Source: Azolla caroliniana | Lineage: Eukaryota; Plantae; Polypodiophyta | Assembly: GCA_043228905.1 (NCBI GenBank) | Contig: JBHGNT010000005.1 | Coordinates: forward strand, 8,866,001-8,930,000 | Reading direction: 5' to 3' | Length of the DNA stretch: 64,000 nt | In this document: positions 14,248 to 27,334 of the stretch, piece by piece | Layout of the letters: each line of letters opens with the position of its first letter | How positions within the stretch are numbered: position 1 is the first letter of the stretch | Made by a program: the position numbers and the translations under genes | The notes under the pieces: generated by a model | Databases searched by the model: none | Told to the model about the DNA's origin: nothing | What the model saw: the letters and a program-made list of their open reading frames with translations, nothing else

Positions 14248-16113
14248 TTACACAATGTGGTAATTTCTTTCATCCAGATTTGTAATATAGTCAAATATCT
14301 CTCTTCCAAGCACCACATTCCCCCACTTTTTACAAGCACCCAAGGCAATAAACCATACGATTGGATCACGATGGAATACAACATTACTTATCATAGTCAT
14401 TGCATACTCTATTTGGTCTGTCTGGACAAGTAGATCAATCATGCAATAGTAGTGCTTAGAAATCGGAATAATTCCATAGTGCTTGCTCATTGCCTCAAAG
14501 TACATCTGACCCTTTGCAAACATACCCGCCTGACTACAAACACCTAGAACGACTAAAAAAGTCACTACATCAGGGTCCACACCTTCATGGACCATTTTGT
14601 TAAACAAACTAAATACATTCGCATGTCTTCCTAGCTGGGCATATCCTGTGATCAATGCATTCCATGACACATAATCACGCATTGAAAGCTTGTCAAACAT
14701 GTTCAATGCTACATCAAGGCATCCGCAACGTGCATACATGTCAACCAGCGTGGTACCAATAACAATATCTCTCTCTAAACCTCTTCTTTCAATGTCAGCA
14801 TGAATTTCTCTTCCCTTACTTGCGGCTGCTATGCTACCACAAGCTTTCAAGCTACAGATGAATGTTATGGCATTTGGTGGAATGCCTTCAAATTGCATCT
14901 TTGTAAACCAATGGAGAGCTTCTGCACCACACTCATGTTCCGCATACCCAGCAATTAATGATGTCCACAACACTACATTCTGGATCGGAAACTCATCAAA
15001 CACTTCTTGAGCTTTTGTGAGTAAACCAAATTTGGCATACATATCAATCAAGGTACTCCTAAGAAAAATATTTCTTTTCAGCAAACCCTTGTTGTCAATC
15101 TCAACATGTATATCCGAACCTTTTTCTATTGATTGAATGATGCCACATGCTTTTAAACTCCAAACAAATGTGATGGTATTAGGAAAGATACCTTCAAGTT
15201 GCATGTTTTCTAAGCAACAGAGTGCTTTGATTGCATATCCACATTCAACATAACCGGCCATTAATGAGGTCCATGAGACTACATCCCGAAGTGGAATCTC
15301 ATGAAAAACTTCTTCTGCTTTGAAAATCAATCCATTTCTTGCATATATATCAATCAAGGCATTCCCTATTACGAGATTACTTTCTATCCAACCTTTTCTT
15401 ACAATCTCTGCATGTATTTCAATCGCCTTATCCATATCTCCAACAATACCACAAGATTTTAAGCTACAAACATATGTGATGGCATCAGGGGAGATGCCCT
15501 CAAATAGCATACGTTCAAAAAAATGGAGAGCTTCATCTCCATGACCACATTCAGCATATCCTGAGATCAATGCATTCCAAGAAACTACATCTTGGGTTTG
15601 AATCTTGAAGAAAATCTCTCTTGCTTTATCCAATTGGCCACATTTGACATACATATCAAGCAGAACAGTGCCAATAAAGGGGTCATTTTCAGGTATGCCC
15701 ATTCTCACAAGATCAGAATGAAGGTGAATACCTGTTTTAAAATCTCGATGCTTCATGCTTGCCTGAAGCAAGGCTACAAATGTATGTTTAGATGTATTCA
15801 CACAACCATCATCTTGCATTTTTCGATATAATGAGATGGCACATTGAAGATTCTCCGACTTTGCATACAAAGTGATGAGAGAATTCCATGACCAATGGTT
15901 GCGAAAGGCTAGCCTGTCGAAGAGCTTCTGAGCAGAATCAGTGAGGCCAAATGAAGCCAACAAAGGGATTAGATAGTTACCTAGTGATATGTGGCCTTCA
16001 AGTCCATTCTTGATCATGTAAAAATGTAGTGGTTGGACATAGAGGGGTCTCTTCTCTCTTCTACAAATCTGTAAGATACGTGTCAAATCCGCCACAGAAG
16101 GCAGAAGTACCAT
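14248..16113 (-). CDS. PLS-class pentatricopeptide repeat protein (organellar RNA-editing factor type), intronless, ending in a truncated E domain, no DYW
   Basis: 621-aa ORF with repeated DVVSWNALISGY / PDAITYVCSLKSC / IGNALIDIYAR P-L-S triplets. It ends with ...LGACKKWGNVVLGREIF... then a stop. Confidence 0.92.
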   Translation of the reverse strand: MVLLPSVADLTRILQICRREKRPLYVQPLHFYMIKNGLEGHISLGNYLIPLLASFGLTDSAQKLFDRLAFRNHWSWNSLITLYAKSENLQCAISLYRKMQDDGCVNTSKHTFVALLQASMKHRDFKTGIHLHSDLVRMGIPENDPFIGTVLLDMYVKCGQLDKAREIFFKIQTQDVVSWNALISGYAECGHGDEALHFFERMLFEGISPDAITYVCSLKSCGIVGDMDKAIEIHAEIVRKGWIESNLVIGNALIDIYARNGLIFKAEEVFHEIPLRDVVSWTSLMAGYVECGYAIKALCCLENMQLEGIFPNTITFVWSLKACGIIQSIEKGSDIHVEIDNKGLLKRNIFLRSTLIDMYAKFGLLTKAQEVFDEFPIQNVVLWTSLIAGYAEHECGAEALHWFTKMQFEGIPPNAITFICSLKACGSIAAASKGREIHADIERRGLERDIVIGTTLVDMYARCGCLDVALNMFDKLSMRDYVSWNALITGYAQLGRHANVFSLFNKMVHEGVDPDVVTFLVVLGVCSQAGMFAKGQMYFEAMSKHYGIIPISKHYYCMIDLLVQTDQIEYAMTMISNVVFHRDPIVWFIALGACKKWGNVVLGREIFDYITNLDERNYHIV

Positions 16114-16989
16114 GGATACTTGAAAATCCAGGGGTGTAGATCCATCGTCTTAGGTCATGGCCCTCTTCGTCGTCGTCTTCTTCTTCAATTTCTTCCTTAT
16201 GTCTTCTTCTTCTTCTTCTTCTTCTTCTTCATCTTCTTCATCATCTTCTTCTTCATCGTCTCCATTTTCCCTGGTTCTTAGCTCCTGGTCTCGGATGAAA
16301 AACAGTTTCAGATTCTGATCCATCCATGGATTGGACATGTTGAAACTTGACACTAATACAATTGAGGGTTGTCAAGGCAGCCCTTACTTAAAGGCTAAGC
16401 CTTTTCTTGCTCTCATGAACCCATTCATAGCTAATGTGTTGTCTATTGGCCAAGATCACACGAACATCTATGGATGGACGAGAGAACGGCTCATTAAAAA
16501 GAGCACATCCAGCACAAACCTGTATTTTATATTCTCCATTAGACAATAGTTAGTTCAATTTGTTCTGTCCTCAATCCCTGACTCTGATGCTTATTTAGCA
16601 TTGCTCGATAATACAACACAAACTATCTTGTGTTTTCTATTGTCGGCCTACTTTTTGCTCTTGGTTGGTTAGCCTCGGTTGTCCTTAGGACATTGGATCC
16701 ATTTCACTTTGAATAGCTCTAAATAGAACATCTCACTTTAGTTGGCTTCTTGTGTGAGTCTTTGTCATATTAACTATTCAAAGCCATCGATTTTTGTGTA
16801 CATATCCATCTAAAAATGATATCTATGTTTACCATCATCCCCAATGCACCTATATAAATCTCACATATTGTTTGGTCATGTGGTGATGATACCTCGAACA
16901 TTCAACATGTGATAGTTAACGTGAGATATTTGTGGACATGGGGAGGATCAAGCTGTAATACCATGAAGAATAAAGTAGAGAGATGCCAA

Positions 16990-17700
16990 AAATCATGTTA
17001 TGTGTATGAGTTTCATGTCTTGCATCCCTCCTACATTGTTGCACTTGCAATCTATGGTCATGCAATTGCCAACTAGGGCTCTCCTAATAACCTCAACTTT
17101 ATGAGTTTCTTCCTTACCCTTGCTCCCTAACACATGTAGGCACTTACACAAATCTCTTGGATTGTGATATTCCTATACTCTAAAACCAAGATCCCAATTG
17201 TTGGCTAAGCACACACTAATCAGCTTTGGCAAAAGTATCTTTTGTATGAGATGCAACAGATTTGACAAGTGCAATCTTATCGGATCTACTACATCTACCA
17301 TTCCACCATATCCTAACCTTTCTTTTCATATTGAATTCACTAGAAGAGTTCACCCATATAGAAGAGTGAAAAGAAGCCCTACATTAAATATAGTTCATCA
17401 TGTTAAGGATGGGGTCCTACCAATGGCTATGTAAACGAGCTTGGAAGTAAGTTACTCCAACATTTTTGTTGCTACTTCCAACATTCTCCATGTACATCAT
17501 AACATCTTTAATTACAAGCATGGTTATGTCTCATTTTTCTTTTCCATAATACATCATTTTGATGTGCGAAATATTGTTATGTGGTATTCCATTATCAATA
17601 TAGTCAAGACGATTGAAAAGGTGATTAAATCCATACAACATTAGAAGATTTCTGGTCTTCAATAATAGACTTTAATGCAAAAATTAATTATGATATGAGC
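16990..17700 (-). mobile_element. Degenerate RTE-like LINE fragment
   Basis: Broken minus-strand peptides similar in style to those at 600-1950; no intact ORF. Confidence 0.3.
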
Positions 17701-18151
17701 ATGAAATGATGATAATAACCTAGTAATGGAATCAATGAGACGGTAAAGGAAGTAAGACACAATGCAGGCTTCTCTACATTCTCTTTCCACTTTCAATATA
17801 AACCAATCCCATGTAAAAATGTGAAGCTTCTTTTGCTCGAAATTTTGATATTTTCTTTTTCAATACAAAAGGCATTATTGCCAACATTTTCTTTTTGTTT
17901 CTACCTTCCATGTATGAGCATAGTAAATGACCACGCTCTTATCATGCCAGACCCTCGTGTGAAAAACCAAATAGGTGGTTAAATAGTGTGTGAGACGCTC
18001 ATCTAAAGTTGAACAAAAAGCGTATGAACAGAATGAGTTAAACTTACTCACCCTAAAGCAAATGTACAATTCAAAATCCAGATTTCAGTGTAGTCATGAA
18101 CAATGACCATAATCACTGTTATCTGAAATATATCATAGGAAGTCTACCCAT

Positions 18152-21100
18152 TCATTCATCTAGTAATGCTTGCAGAAGGTAATCCTCTTGGTTCATTTGC
18201 TCATTAAAAAGATCCATCTCCAGGCTGCCTGAAATTTTGGGTTCTGATAATTTTTCACGGGTTCCCTGTGAGCATTTCAAGAACAAGGATGTGGTAAGAT
18301 GCAGAAGATGAAAGTGTTTCATATGTTGTTGGCATCAGATGCTAGAAAGAATATAACAAATTGCTTTCAAACACAAAAGAAAGGCAAAAAAAATACCTTT
18401 CTCAACGTATAAAAGAAATAGTGAAAACCTTCCCCAAATGTCTTCCATTTCATCGACCATGAATACTTTTCAGCCTCAAATACAAGGCGCCTAAAATGAG
18501 GCTATAAAATAAAGTTCTGTTCAGATTCTGGAATATTAAATAATGCACCACAGTAAGGACAAATGTTTCCTAGCGCTACAAAAAGAATAAGCAAGCATTA
18601 GAGGTGTAAGATTCCATATTGTGTCCAACTACCCACAGATGCCATCCAATCCACATATGGATTACTGCTCCATGATAACATTGTAAATTCCATACGTTTG
18701 CCCCACACTCATAGGCTTCCCAATATTTAACGTTTATCAAACTATAGGACCAATTAAACCTTCCCCTGTTTTCGTTGACCTTGATCTCATGTGAAATATT
18801 TCTCACTGGCCGACTGAAATCTCCTCCATCTTATAATCCCTATCAATGCTTCCAGGCATTCTTTCACCCTCCATTTTGCAAACAATATCTTAACTATTGC
18901 ATACACTTTTTCTGAGAACACAAAAGATGTTTAACAGCATGAAGATTATAAAGATAAAGAATAACCTGGCTGAAACTAATAGATATAAAGATGCCATTAG
19001 GTGACAAAATCCTGTGAACGCCATCCAGCATTGAAGACACCATACTTCTTGTTTCATGTTTTGGGTTCCATGGGTCACCACTGTTCACAAATAGGACATC
19101 CTACATGAAAATTCGTCTGCTTTTATAAATGATGAAACAATAATACAGAATCAATTAAATCAGGCAGATGGAATTTCTCAGTGATAAACCAACCGAATTT
19201 TATCTATAAAAGAATTTAATTATATTTCCATAAAAACCACCAAAACTACTGCCTTTTTTATTTCCAAAATCAATTCAACCACCGCCAATTTAGCAGGAGG
19301 TGTTATGTGGCTCTGGCTCCAGAATACTACAAGATGGAGTCAATGTGGAAAATCAACCAATCAGAGTGGAAATCACCCTATAAATAAGGAGATGGTTGAT
19401 AGCTCAACGCCCCTAATCCAGCCATGTGATATTGTAGTCACAAACTTTCTGTATATTACAACAACAAAAATCGGAACCCCTTAATGTTGTTTTATATGGG
19501 CATTATGGTATTTGATCACAGGCGATTCTACAATGTCTAGATAAAAGATAATCATACCGCCCGTCATAATCAATGCAAGGCAGTGTTAAGTAGAATGAAG
19601 ATTCTTCTCCATGTCTTTTTGATGATACGCTCTTGCTTGATTGGCAAAGCCAAAAAATAGGTCAAAAAGGAGTTTGATTGCTCCTCTACACTCCATCTTT
19701 CCTAATCCACCAGATGCCTTGTTTGATGACAGGGAGGACACTTCGAAAATTGGACTCCCTTGGTTTACGCAAAGCCGACATGTTGCAAGTCCAACTTTTG
19801 CTTTTCACGCCAATCATGAAAAGATTGTATATCAATCACATGCATATTGCTCTCGAGTTAAAATATGTAATGATTTAATGAGCAGAATCAGAGAAAATGG
19901 ATACTATAAAATTGCAAAGCAGAGGGAAGAAATGAATTACTGGCAAATACGTACGCAAATTAATAGATTGGACATCTTCAGAGAAACAATGAGAGCATAT
20001 AATTTATTAAAAGAAATTTACAAATCTGAACTATTAACTTCCAAGATAATCAACAAGGAGATTGTATTGGGAATAGAAGCACTCATACAAAAGAAAATAT
20101 ATATTAGGCCTCGAAATTAACTCCAAGAAAAAAGTACAGTTTTGTAATGAAGTTATCGAACAAGACAAGTTCTACATTAAAGTCTATGAATTCTATAGAG
20201 CATCAATAATCATTCTTACCATTGTTCCCTTTTCAATAACAACATCAAAGGAATTGTCTTCGAATTGGAGATCTAACATATCCGCAATCACTGTTTTGAC
20301 TCCTGAAACAAAGTGCAATCTGGATAAGACATTTAGATGACTTTATCTTGCATGCATAATTTAAGTTCAGCTAAATTATTGTGTTGAGGGTTTCTATACA
20401 AGTAGCATTGCCAACATTTACACAAGCCCAGTTTACAATTTGATTAAAGCCACTTTGGAAGGTTAAGATAGAAAATTACCATCAAGACTTAATAAAATGA
20501 GCATGTCTAATATTGTGGACGTTGGGAATGCCTTACCTCTTATAAACTCAAAAAATATCATGTATTTAGCCAATCTTTAAAACCCAATAGAATGTTCTGG
20601 TAATAGATATTTAGAGGATATACTCACGAAGTTCAAAGGAGTTGGACATATTTGACTCTTCCAATATTGTGGCCATTGGGCATGCGTTACCTCTTACAAG
20701 CCCAAAAAATATCATGTATTTAGCCGATCTTTACAACCCCACAGAACATTCTGGTAACAGATGTTTAGACGATATACTCACAAAGTTCAAAGAAGTTGGG
20801 CATATTTCTCAATTGTGTCACGTCAAGGATTACCATTTAATGTAACATCACCTTATTATTTCCCTTCATATGTGTAGCTTCATCCTATTATTAGCATATT
20901 TCTATGTCTACATATCACATTTCCATATCAAGTTTATGAAACCTGTGTTTTGCATGTTGTATGTTGAAAAATTAATCTTGATGGATAAAACCTGGATATC
21001 ACATAAGTTATAGCTGACATGCATAACATATAAATTCGAACGTTCCTCATAAAATCTGAGAATGGGTTTTTTCTTACAGGTCTAATAATTGAATCTTCAA

Positions 21101-22782
21101 CAGACGTGAAGCATCAAAATGTAAATGCATCATTATTTATAGGCTGACCTACATGTTTAACACACATTGTCACACACGCAGAGTGTATATAGAAGATAGA
21201 GATGTTTTACATGTAGAACATGTAGTTTACAATGGCTCTATTAATTGCATTCAGGCAATCACAGCTATAAAAGTTTAAACCCACCTTGAAATATAGTAGT
21301 ACGAACAAGAGGCATGTTTAATGGTAAAACTATTATGGTTAGATGGAGCATTACTTAATATATGCAAAGTTTCAAGAGTACTTAACAAATTATCGTTATG
21401 AAAGAATAAATACTTCATTGGGTATTTGAGAAAAATATACTTACTATTGTTTGAGGAAACAGAGCAACAAGAATCATTAAAAGAGGAAAACATTACGTAT
21501 ATGATTATGATTATGATTGTGATTAGATCAATTGCTTTTCTCCACAATTACACTTCAGCATAGAAGACTTTGGGCAATGTGGTGTAGAAAGCTTTTCGTT
21601 TGAGTAGCTTTTGGCAATCAGCTTTCAACCATTTCAGTCATTCAGGTTTTCATTTGAGTTTCAAAATGATTACTATATGCTTGTTATGTTTTTCATGACA
21701 TATGGTACATTTAAATATATTTTTTAATGTTTCCAATCAAATATCTTGTAAATATTCTTAAGAGTATTTAGCTTCCTGCCAGTAATTTATTGTATAGCTA
21801 AAAAATAAGTGTATAATTACATATACATGTGTGTATGTACGTGGGTATGAATGCACTTGTTATGTTTCTTCATCATACTAGTGGCACATTTTTAACCTAA
21901 TTTATTAATGTCTCTAATGCAACATCTTGTTGATATTCTTTGTGAATTGTATGCCTCCAACCAGTAAATTCATAGTATAGTCAAAATTTCATTCTACATG
22001 TGCCTATCTATATGTGTGTGTTATGTGCACGTGAATGCATGAGAGAGGGAGAGTATGCTTACACCTGTGCAAGATCCTGCCTGTAACTGTTTCTGCATTT
22101 GCTGTACCGCAACAGGAGAAAGATCACTGCAAGTTATGTTATGTATTCCATCTCGGAACATGTCTATGCTCAACCGAGAATTTCCACATCCGACCTCCAA
22201 TACCTAACATTTCAAGATCCATTAATCAAACAAGAAACATGATTATGACAATGAAACCAAAATAAGAAGAAGAAGACGAAGAAGTCAACACCATTGGTTG
22301 CAAAAAGAACACGACTTCACAGGGGAAAGAGAAATAAAAACTTTTAATCAATAAACCAAAGAGCCATGGAGGAATTGGCAGGAGAAAAATAAGCAAAACA
22401 GGAAATAGCAACAGAAAAAAAAAAAATTAACTGTAAATGAAAAAAATATGAAGGAACTGACAGAAGGGGGGGGGGGGGGGGGGGAGTGAGAGAGATAAAA
22501 ACCTACTCGATCAGATGGTGAGACATTATCAAGAATCAAATGCCTAAAATGCGAGTAATCTTTGAACCACTCATAGTGATCCTCCTCTTCAAATCTCTTA
22601 TTCCTGTAGAAATAAAAAAGGGAATTAGTCCAAAGAGTTTCCAAATACGAGCTGCTAAATTACAAAAGAAACAATAAATAAATCAATAAAAAGGGACTGA
22701 GGATATGGTGAAAAAGAGAAAACACGAACCAATATTGAGGCTGAAGGTAGAGGGCGACATCAGGTGGCGGATCTCCTCGCAT
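18152..22782 (-). CDS. SAM-dependent methyltransferase, EEF1A lysine methyltransferase 4-like; 7 exons: 22782-22730, 22603-22507, 22203-22065, 20302-20220, 19100-18966, 18501-18397, 18265-18152
   Basis: The spliced product reads MRGDPPPDVALYLQPQYWNKRFEEEDHYEWFKDYSHF..., with motif I VLEVGCGNS, ADMLDLQFEDNSFDVVIEKGTMDVLFV, DPWNP, SFSQPHFRR and TFGEGFHYFFY. All introns are GT-AG and in phase. Confidence 0.9.
20507..20807. repeat. Intronic tandem duplication, 2 x ~154 bp (diverged)
   Basis: AATATTGTGG...AAAAAATATCATGTATTTAGCC...GATATACTCAC..AAGTTCAAAG repeats at about 20507 and 20661. Confidence 0.8.
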
Positions 22783-23005
22783 ATCTGCAGAGCTTCTCAG
22801 ATAAACCCCCCACTCCCCCTAAAAAGCTCCTTCTTTGTTCTCAGGGTACATACTGAGTATGTATGTATGGGTATCATTGGTATGGGGTATGGTGGGGAGG
22901 GTATTTTGGGTATTATTGAAACATGGACTGGGTATTACCTGTAAATAACGAAAACAGTCAGGGTATGATTTTGGCATTGAATATACATATGTAAATTTGT
23001 AATAA

Positions 23006-23061
23006 TGTGTGTATGTATGTATGTATGTATGTATGTATGTATGTATGTATGTATGTATGTA

Positions 23062-23100
<39 letters not shown>

Positions 23101-23111
23101 GTATGTATGTA

Positions 23112-23142
<31 letters not shown>

Positions 23143-23152
23143 TGTATGTATA
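23006..23152. repeat. Compound (TATG)n/(TG)n microsatellite upstream of the methyltransferase
   Basis: Direct tandem runs. Confidence 0.95.
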
Positions 23153-26100
23153 CATATACCTTTGGTGTGTTTTTTTTCCAAAAAAATATCCTGCATTGGA
23201 ATTTGGTAGTAAAGAAGTCAATATACAAAAGAGTCCACTATTACAATGAATATTGCAACATATTTAAGTAGAAAACTCTTGAATAGTCATGTAGCTTCAA
23301 CAATCCATCCACCTTTAACATCCATATCAATCAAGGAATTACCACCAATGACCTTTATTAATGGAGTCTATGCCACATATATTACTAAGCATTTCGTCTC
23401 TCATTTTGATTAGCCAGCTTCTCCACAGCACGCCTCAGCCCTGCTTCCAATGTTCGCCAAAAATACCACCGTTAGAAATCCCTGCAATCTGATCGAAACT
23501 TTGTCGATGAAATCCAATGGTTGGTGTCGATGAAATTTGCGGCATGTCCCCTCTTGAAGTACATTCAGAGTTTTTGAATAACCATTGTTGCCACGATAAT
23601 TAGAAGACCATTGAAGAGTCTGTTTGCTAGGATCTTCTGAAATGCCCCATTTCATCATCCACATCAAAATTCTGTTTCATACTCATAGTTTGAGATGAAT
23701 CATGTGAATTTTGCATAATCATATTGCTTTGGTATTTTGGTTCACATGTTTATCTTAGCATGTACCCGATCCCGAACAATCGTCAACCCCCTAAAAAAGC
23801 CCCTCCTCTATTCTCAATGTATTGGGTATATGGTATATTTGGGCATTGTTGAAACCCTAGAGGGGTATTATGTGTTGAAAGCATAGAGGGAGATCAAAGA
23901 CACTAGGGGTATGAGTTTGCCATTGTTGAAACCCTAGAGGGATATCAAAGACATTGGGGGTATGAGTTTGGCATTGAATATATGTGTGTGTATGTTGCTT
24001 TGGGTGTTTTGATGAACATGGTGTTGCTAGCATATACCTGAACACCCGTCAACCTAACACGGTACGCTAGCAAAAAGCAATGTATGTTGTATACGACCAT
24101 ACATGGTTGTCACGCGTTAGGATTATTCTTTACATCATTGGTTTGAGATTGTGCCAAAATCATTCTTTTTACTGGATTCGTTCATTTTGCTGGTTCACTT
24201 CCCAAAACTATCTAACTCATAAGCTTTTCTCATTAACACATAAATTAGTCCGACTCTGTCCTTCATAGGCATATTGTGTGTGTGTGATTGCACAACTAGG
24301 TGGGCCTAATGTTAGAGTTCAAGATTGTTGAAATATATCTCTTTGTTGTTTTCGTTCATTCTCTAGTTGCATTCCCAACAACATCTATCTTGTAGGTTCT
24401 CGCATATGATTATTTATGTTCTTCTTGGCATATGTGTGTGTGTTGTTGCATAGGTCCAATGTAAAGAGTTATTTGTGTATGTGAAGGAACAAGTAAACTG
24501 ATGATAATATCACACTCTTGTGACAAATGATTAGTAATAAAGAAATATTAGATAAAACGATAAGAATGATTACATAAAAGATGGGTAGATAGATTCAACC
24601 AGCAATAACGTAGGTCTTTTGTGTGATTGCTCCAACAATGGAAAATCAAGTTTTGTATGAATAGATAGGCTATTAGTGGAACCTTCAACCTAAGTGGGTG
24701 CTATTGTGTAATTGATTAAATGATTCAAACAATAACATTACATCGTTCCCATGATGAAGGAATGGTAAGCGAGAATAAAAGAAGTAATAATAAAAAATAC
24801 GATACATTATGTGGGGTAGAGTGATGAAGATTTTGAATTCAACAACACATTATGAATGAACAACAATGTCATAAGCATTGACAATATACACCTCATAATA
24901 AAATTCAATACACATACAAACAAATGGAATAAAATCACAACATTCACGACTAAATATCCAACTATGATGAGATAATGCAAAGCGTGACCTCGGGAAACTT
25001 ATTCTACGTAGGGGGTGTTTATTTCAAATGCAAGAATATAGTGGCTAATAGAGCGAGAGAGCATTGGTATTAGCCCAACACTAACCAAGTTAGTGGACTA
25101 TGTCGTAGTTGACATTTCAAAATTCACATATCATGACATGCACATGCACATGTGCATATCCATTTCCAACATGGTGGATCGATATCCTCAAAAGTTTGTA
25201 TTTAAATATGTGCGTATAATCAAAATCCTCCTTCCTTGAGGAATTGTTCACACATTGTTCGATTTGTTCCCTCCCAACTTTCAAACTCCATTTCGTGCAT
25301 AAGAGATGAAATAAACAATGCTTACCTTTGATACATTGCCACATTATTTATGCGAAGTGGACAGGTGTAACAAACCATAGGGATAGCTAGATTATACATC
25401 ATTTCATAAATCTCATGGGCATGAGTATCATCCACTTTTAATGAATTTGCTCTCATTTGCGAAGTGGTTGTGATGGATTCACATGTAGAAAAACTAAAAA
25501 ATGATTGATATGGCATTGATTTGACAAAAAAAAACTAAAGGGAGATCGAGGGTACCAATGTTAACATATAGAAATTTGCATTAGTTAGGTAGATGAGCTC
25601 AACTATTGCGATACGGGTGTAGAGCTAAACTATAAGGGTGTAGCTTGAAGGCATCCCGAGTGTGTGATTTGGGTGCACTTAATTTCTAAAATCTAATTCA
25701 CCGATCCATAACCAATCACAATTGGCTCCATATCGCCATATGCGAAAACAAAGGTGTATAGGCTCTGTGACATGATTGTGCCTAGTTTTCAACACAAATC
25801 CTCAGAATTGGGCTCATGATTAAAATATTTCCAATGAGAGGGAGTTTAGTTTATCCCACTGATTCACACATACTCCAAAGAGGAAAATGATTGGTTAGCG
25901 ATTACATCAAATTGTTAATTACCTTATCTAAAAATTTTAAAAAAGTGCACACCAAATATGTGACCGACAACTTTAGTGAGAGAGAAGGTTGAAAATGAGT
26001 AAATGCCATACATATATTGTTAGGTGGTTAAAACGTCCAAAACACATCCTCTACATATCTAGTCTAAGAGGGGCAAGACATTGCTCGTATTGGGACACAT

Positions 26101-26500
26101 TATTTATGCGAGGGACCGACATTTCAAATGGATGCGATTATGGAACATACAAGATTTTTTGTACCGGTGCGACGTAATATGAAAGTCGAGGTAAAAGTGC
26201 GAGACCATGGGGGGGGGGGGGGGGGATGCATATTAACCATGAAAAGGAGAAATCTGGAAACATGGAGGACATGACAAAATGGTGTCTCCCCCCCCTTAAA
26301 ATAAAAATAAAAATAAAAAGATTGGATGCACGATATACATACATACGTGCCGGGGGAGATGTAGGTATACACACTGGAATTTGGATAATAGGAGGCAAGA
26401 TTATGTATGTATGTATGGGCCTTACGACATCCTTCGATCAACCATGTGATGGGGGGAATGTTCCGCATGCCCGAACCAGTCGCCCGGACGATAACACACA

Positions 26501-26538
<38 letters not shown>

Positions 26539-26895
26539 CATTTGTGTGAGAGAGATAAAGAAAGATATATTAACGTCTTCTAAGGCCAAAATTGGCCCAT
26601 GAGACAATTGGTTTACAACAAAAATGGGCTGTTTACCCATTTGTGAGAAGAGAGAGAGAGAGAGAGAGAGTTGACAATATATTTGTGTGTGTGTGTGTGG
26701 GCATGAAGTTTAAAGCGTTAGCGGAGCATCACCACATTTAGTTGACCGTTTACAGCAGCAGCAGCAGCAGCAGCAGCAGCACGCAAAAAATGAGGAGCAG
26801 AACAGAGCAGAACAGAGCAGAACAGAGTAGAAAGTGCTCAAAAAAGAGTATTCGGTTCAAACAGCACAAGTTAAAAAGAAAGAAAGAATAGGCGC

Positions 26896-26941
<46 letters not shown>

Positions 26942-27334
26942 GAGAGAGAAGAAAAAGACAGTGAGAAGAGAGAGAGAGAGAGAGAAATTCTGTGTGTGTG
27001 TGTGTGTGTGTCCTGATTGACTCCTGGGTAGGTCTTTCAGATAGATATAGATGGTTTCTCTGAGAAGAAGAGAAGAGGAGAATTAAGGGGGATCCCCTCC
27101 CCCCCTCTGTTGTTTCTGCTCTGCATCTTTCCTTCTTCTTCATTTTTTACTCCTTTCAGTTTGAGCTCCCTCCTCCCCCCCACACACATTTCGGAGAGAG
27201 ACCTCTTATCTTTTTTTTTTTCTTTTTTCTTTTTATATACTTTTATTTTCTCTCGTTCTGGTAGATCGGTCATAAACCCTTCATTCTTCATCCTTCTTCT
27301 CCCTCTTCTTTTGCTCTACTTTCTGAAAGACGCC

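Noticed and set aside
19641-20120. 159-aa ORF antisense within a methyltransferase intron
   Set aside because: TTG start, no recognisable motif, AT-rich composition.
22819-23249. HTYI/MYVC-repeat ORFs (and similar ORFs at 293-545, 26124-27493)
   Set aside because: Translations of microsatellites.
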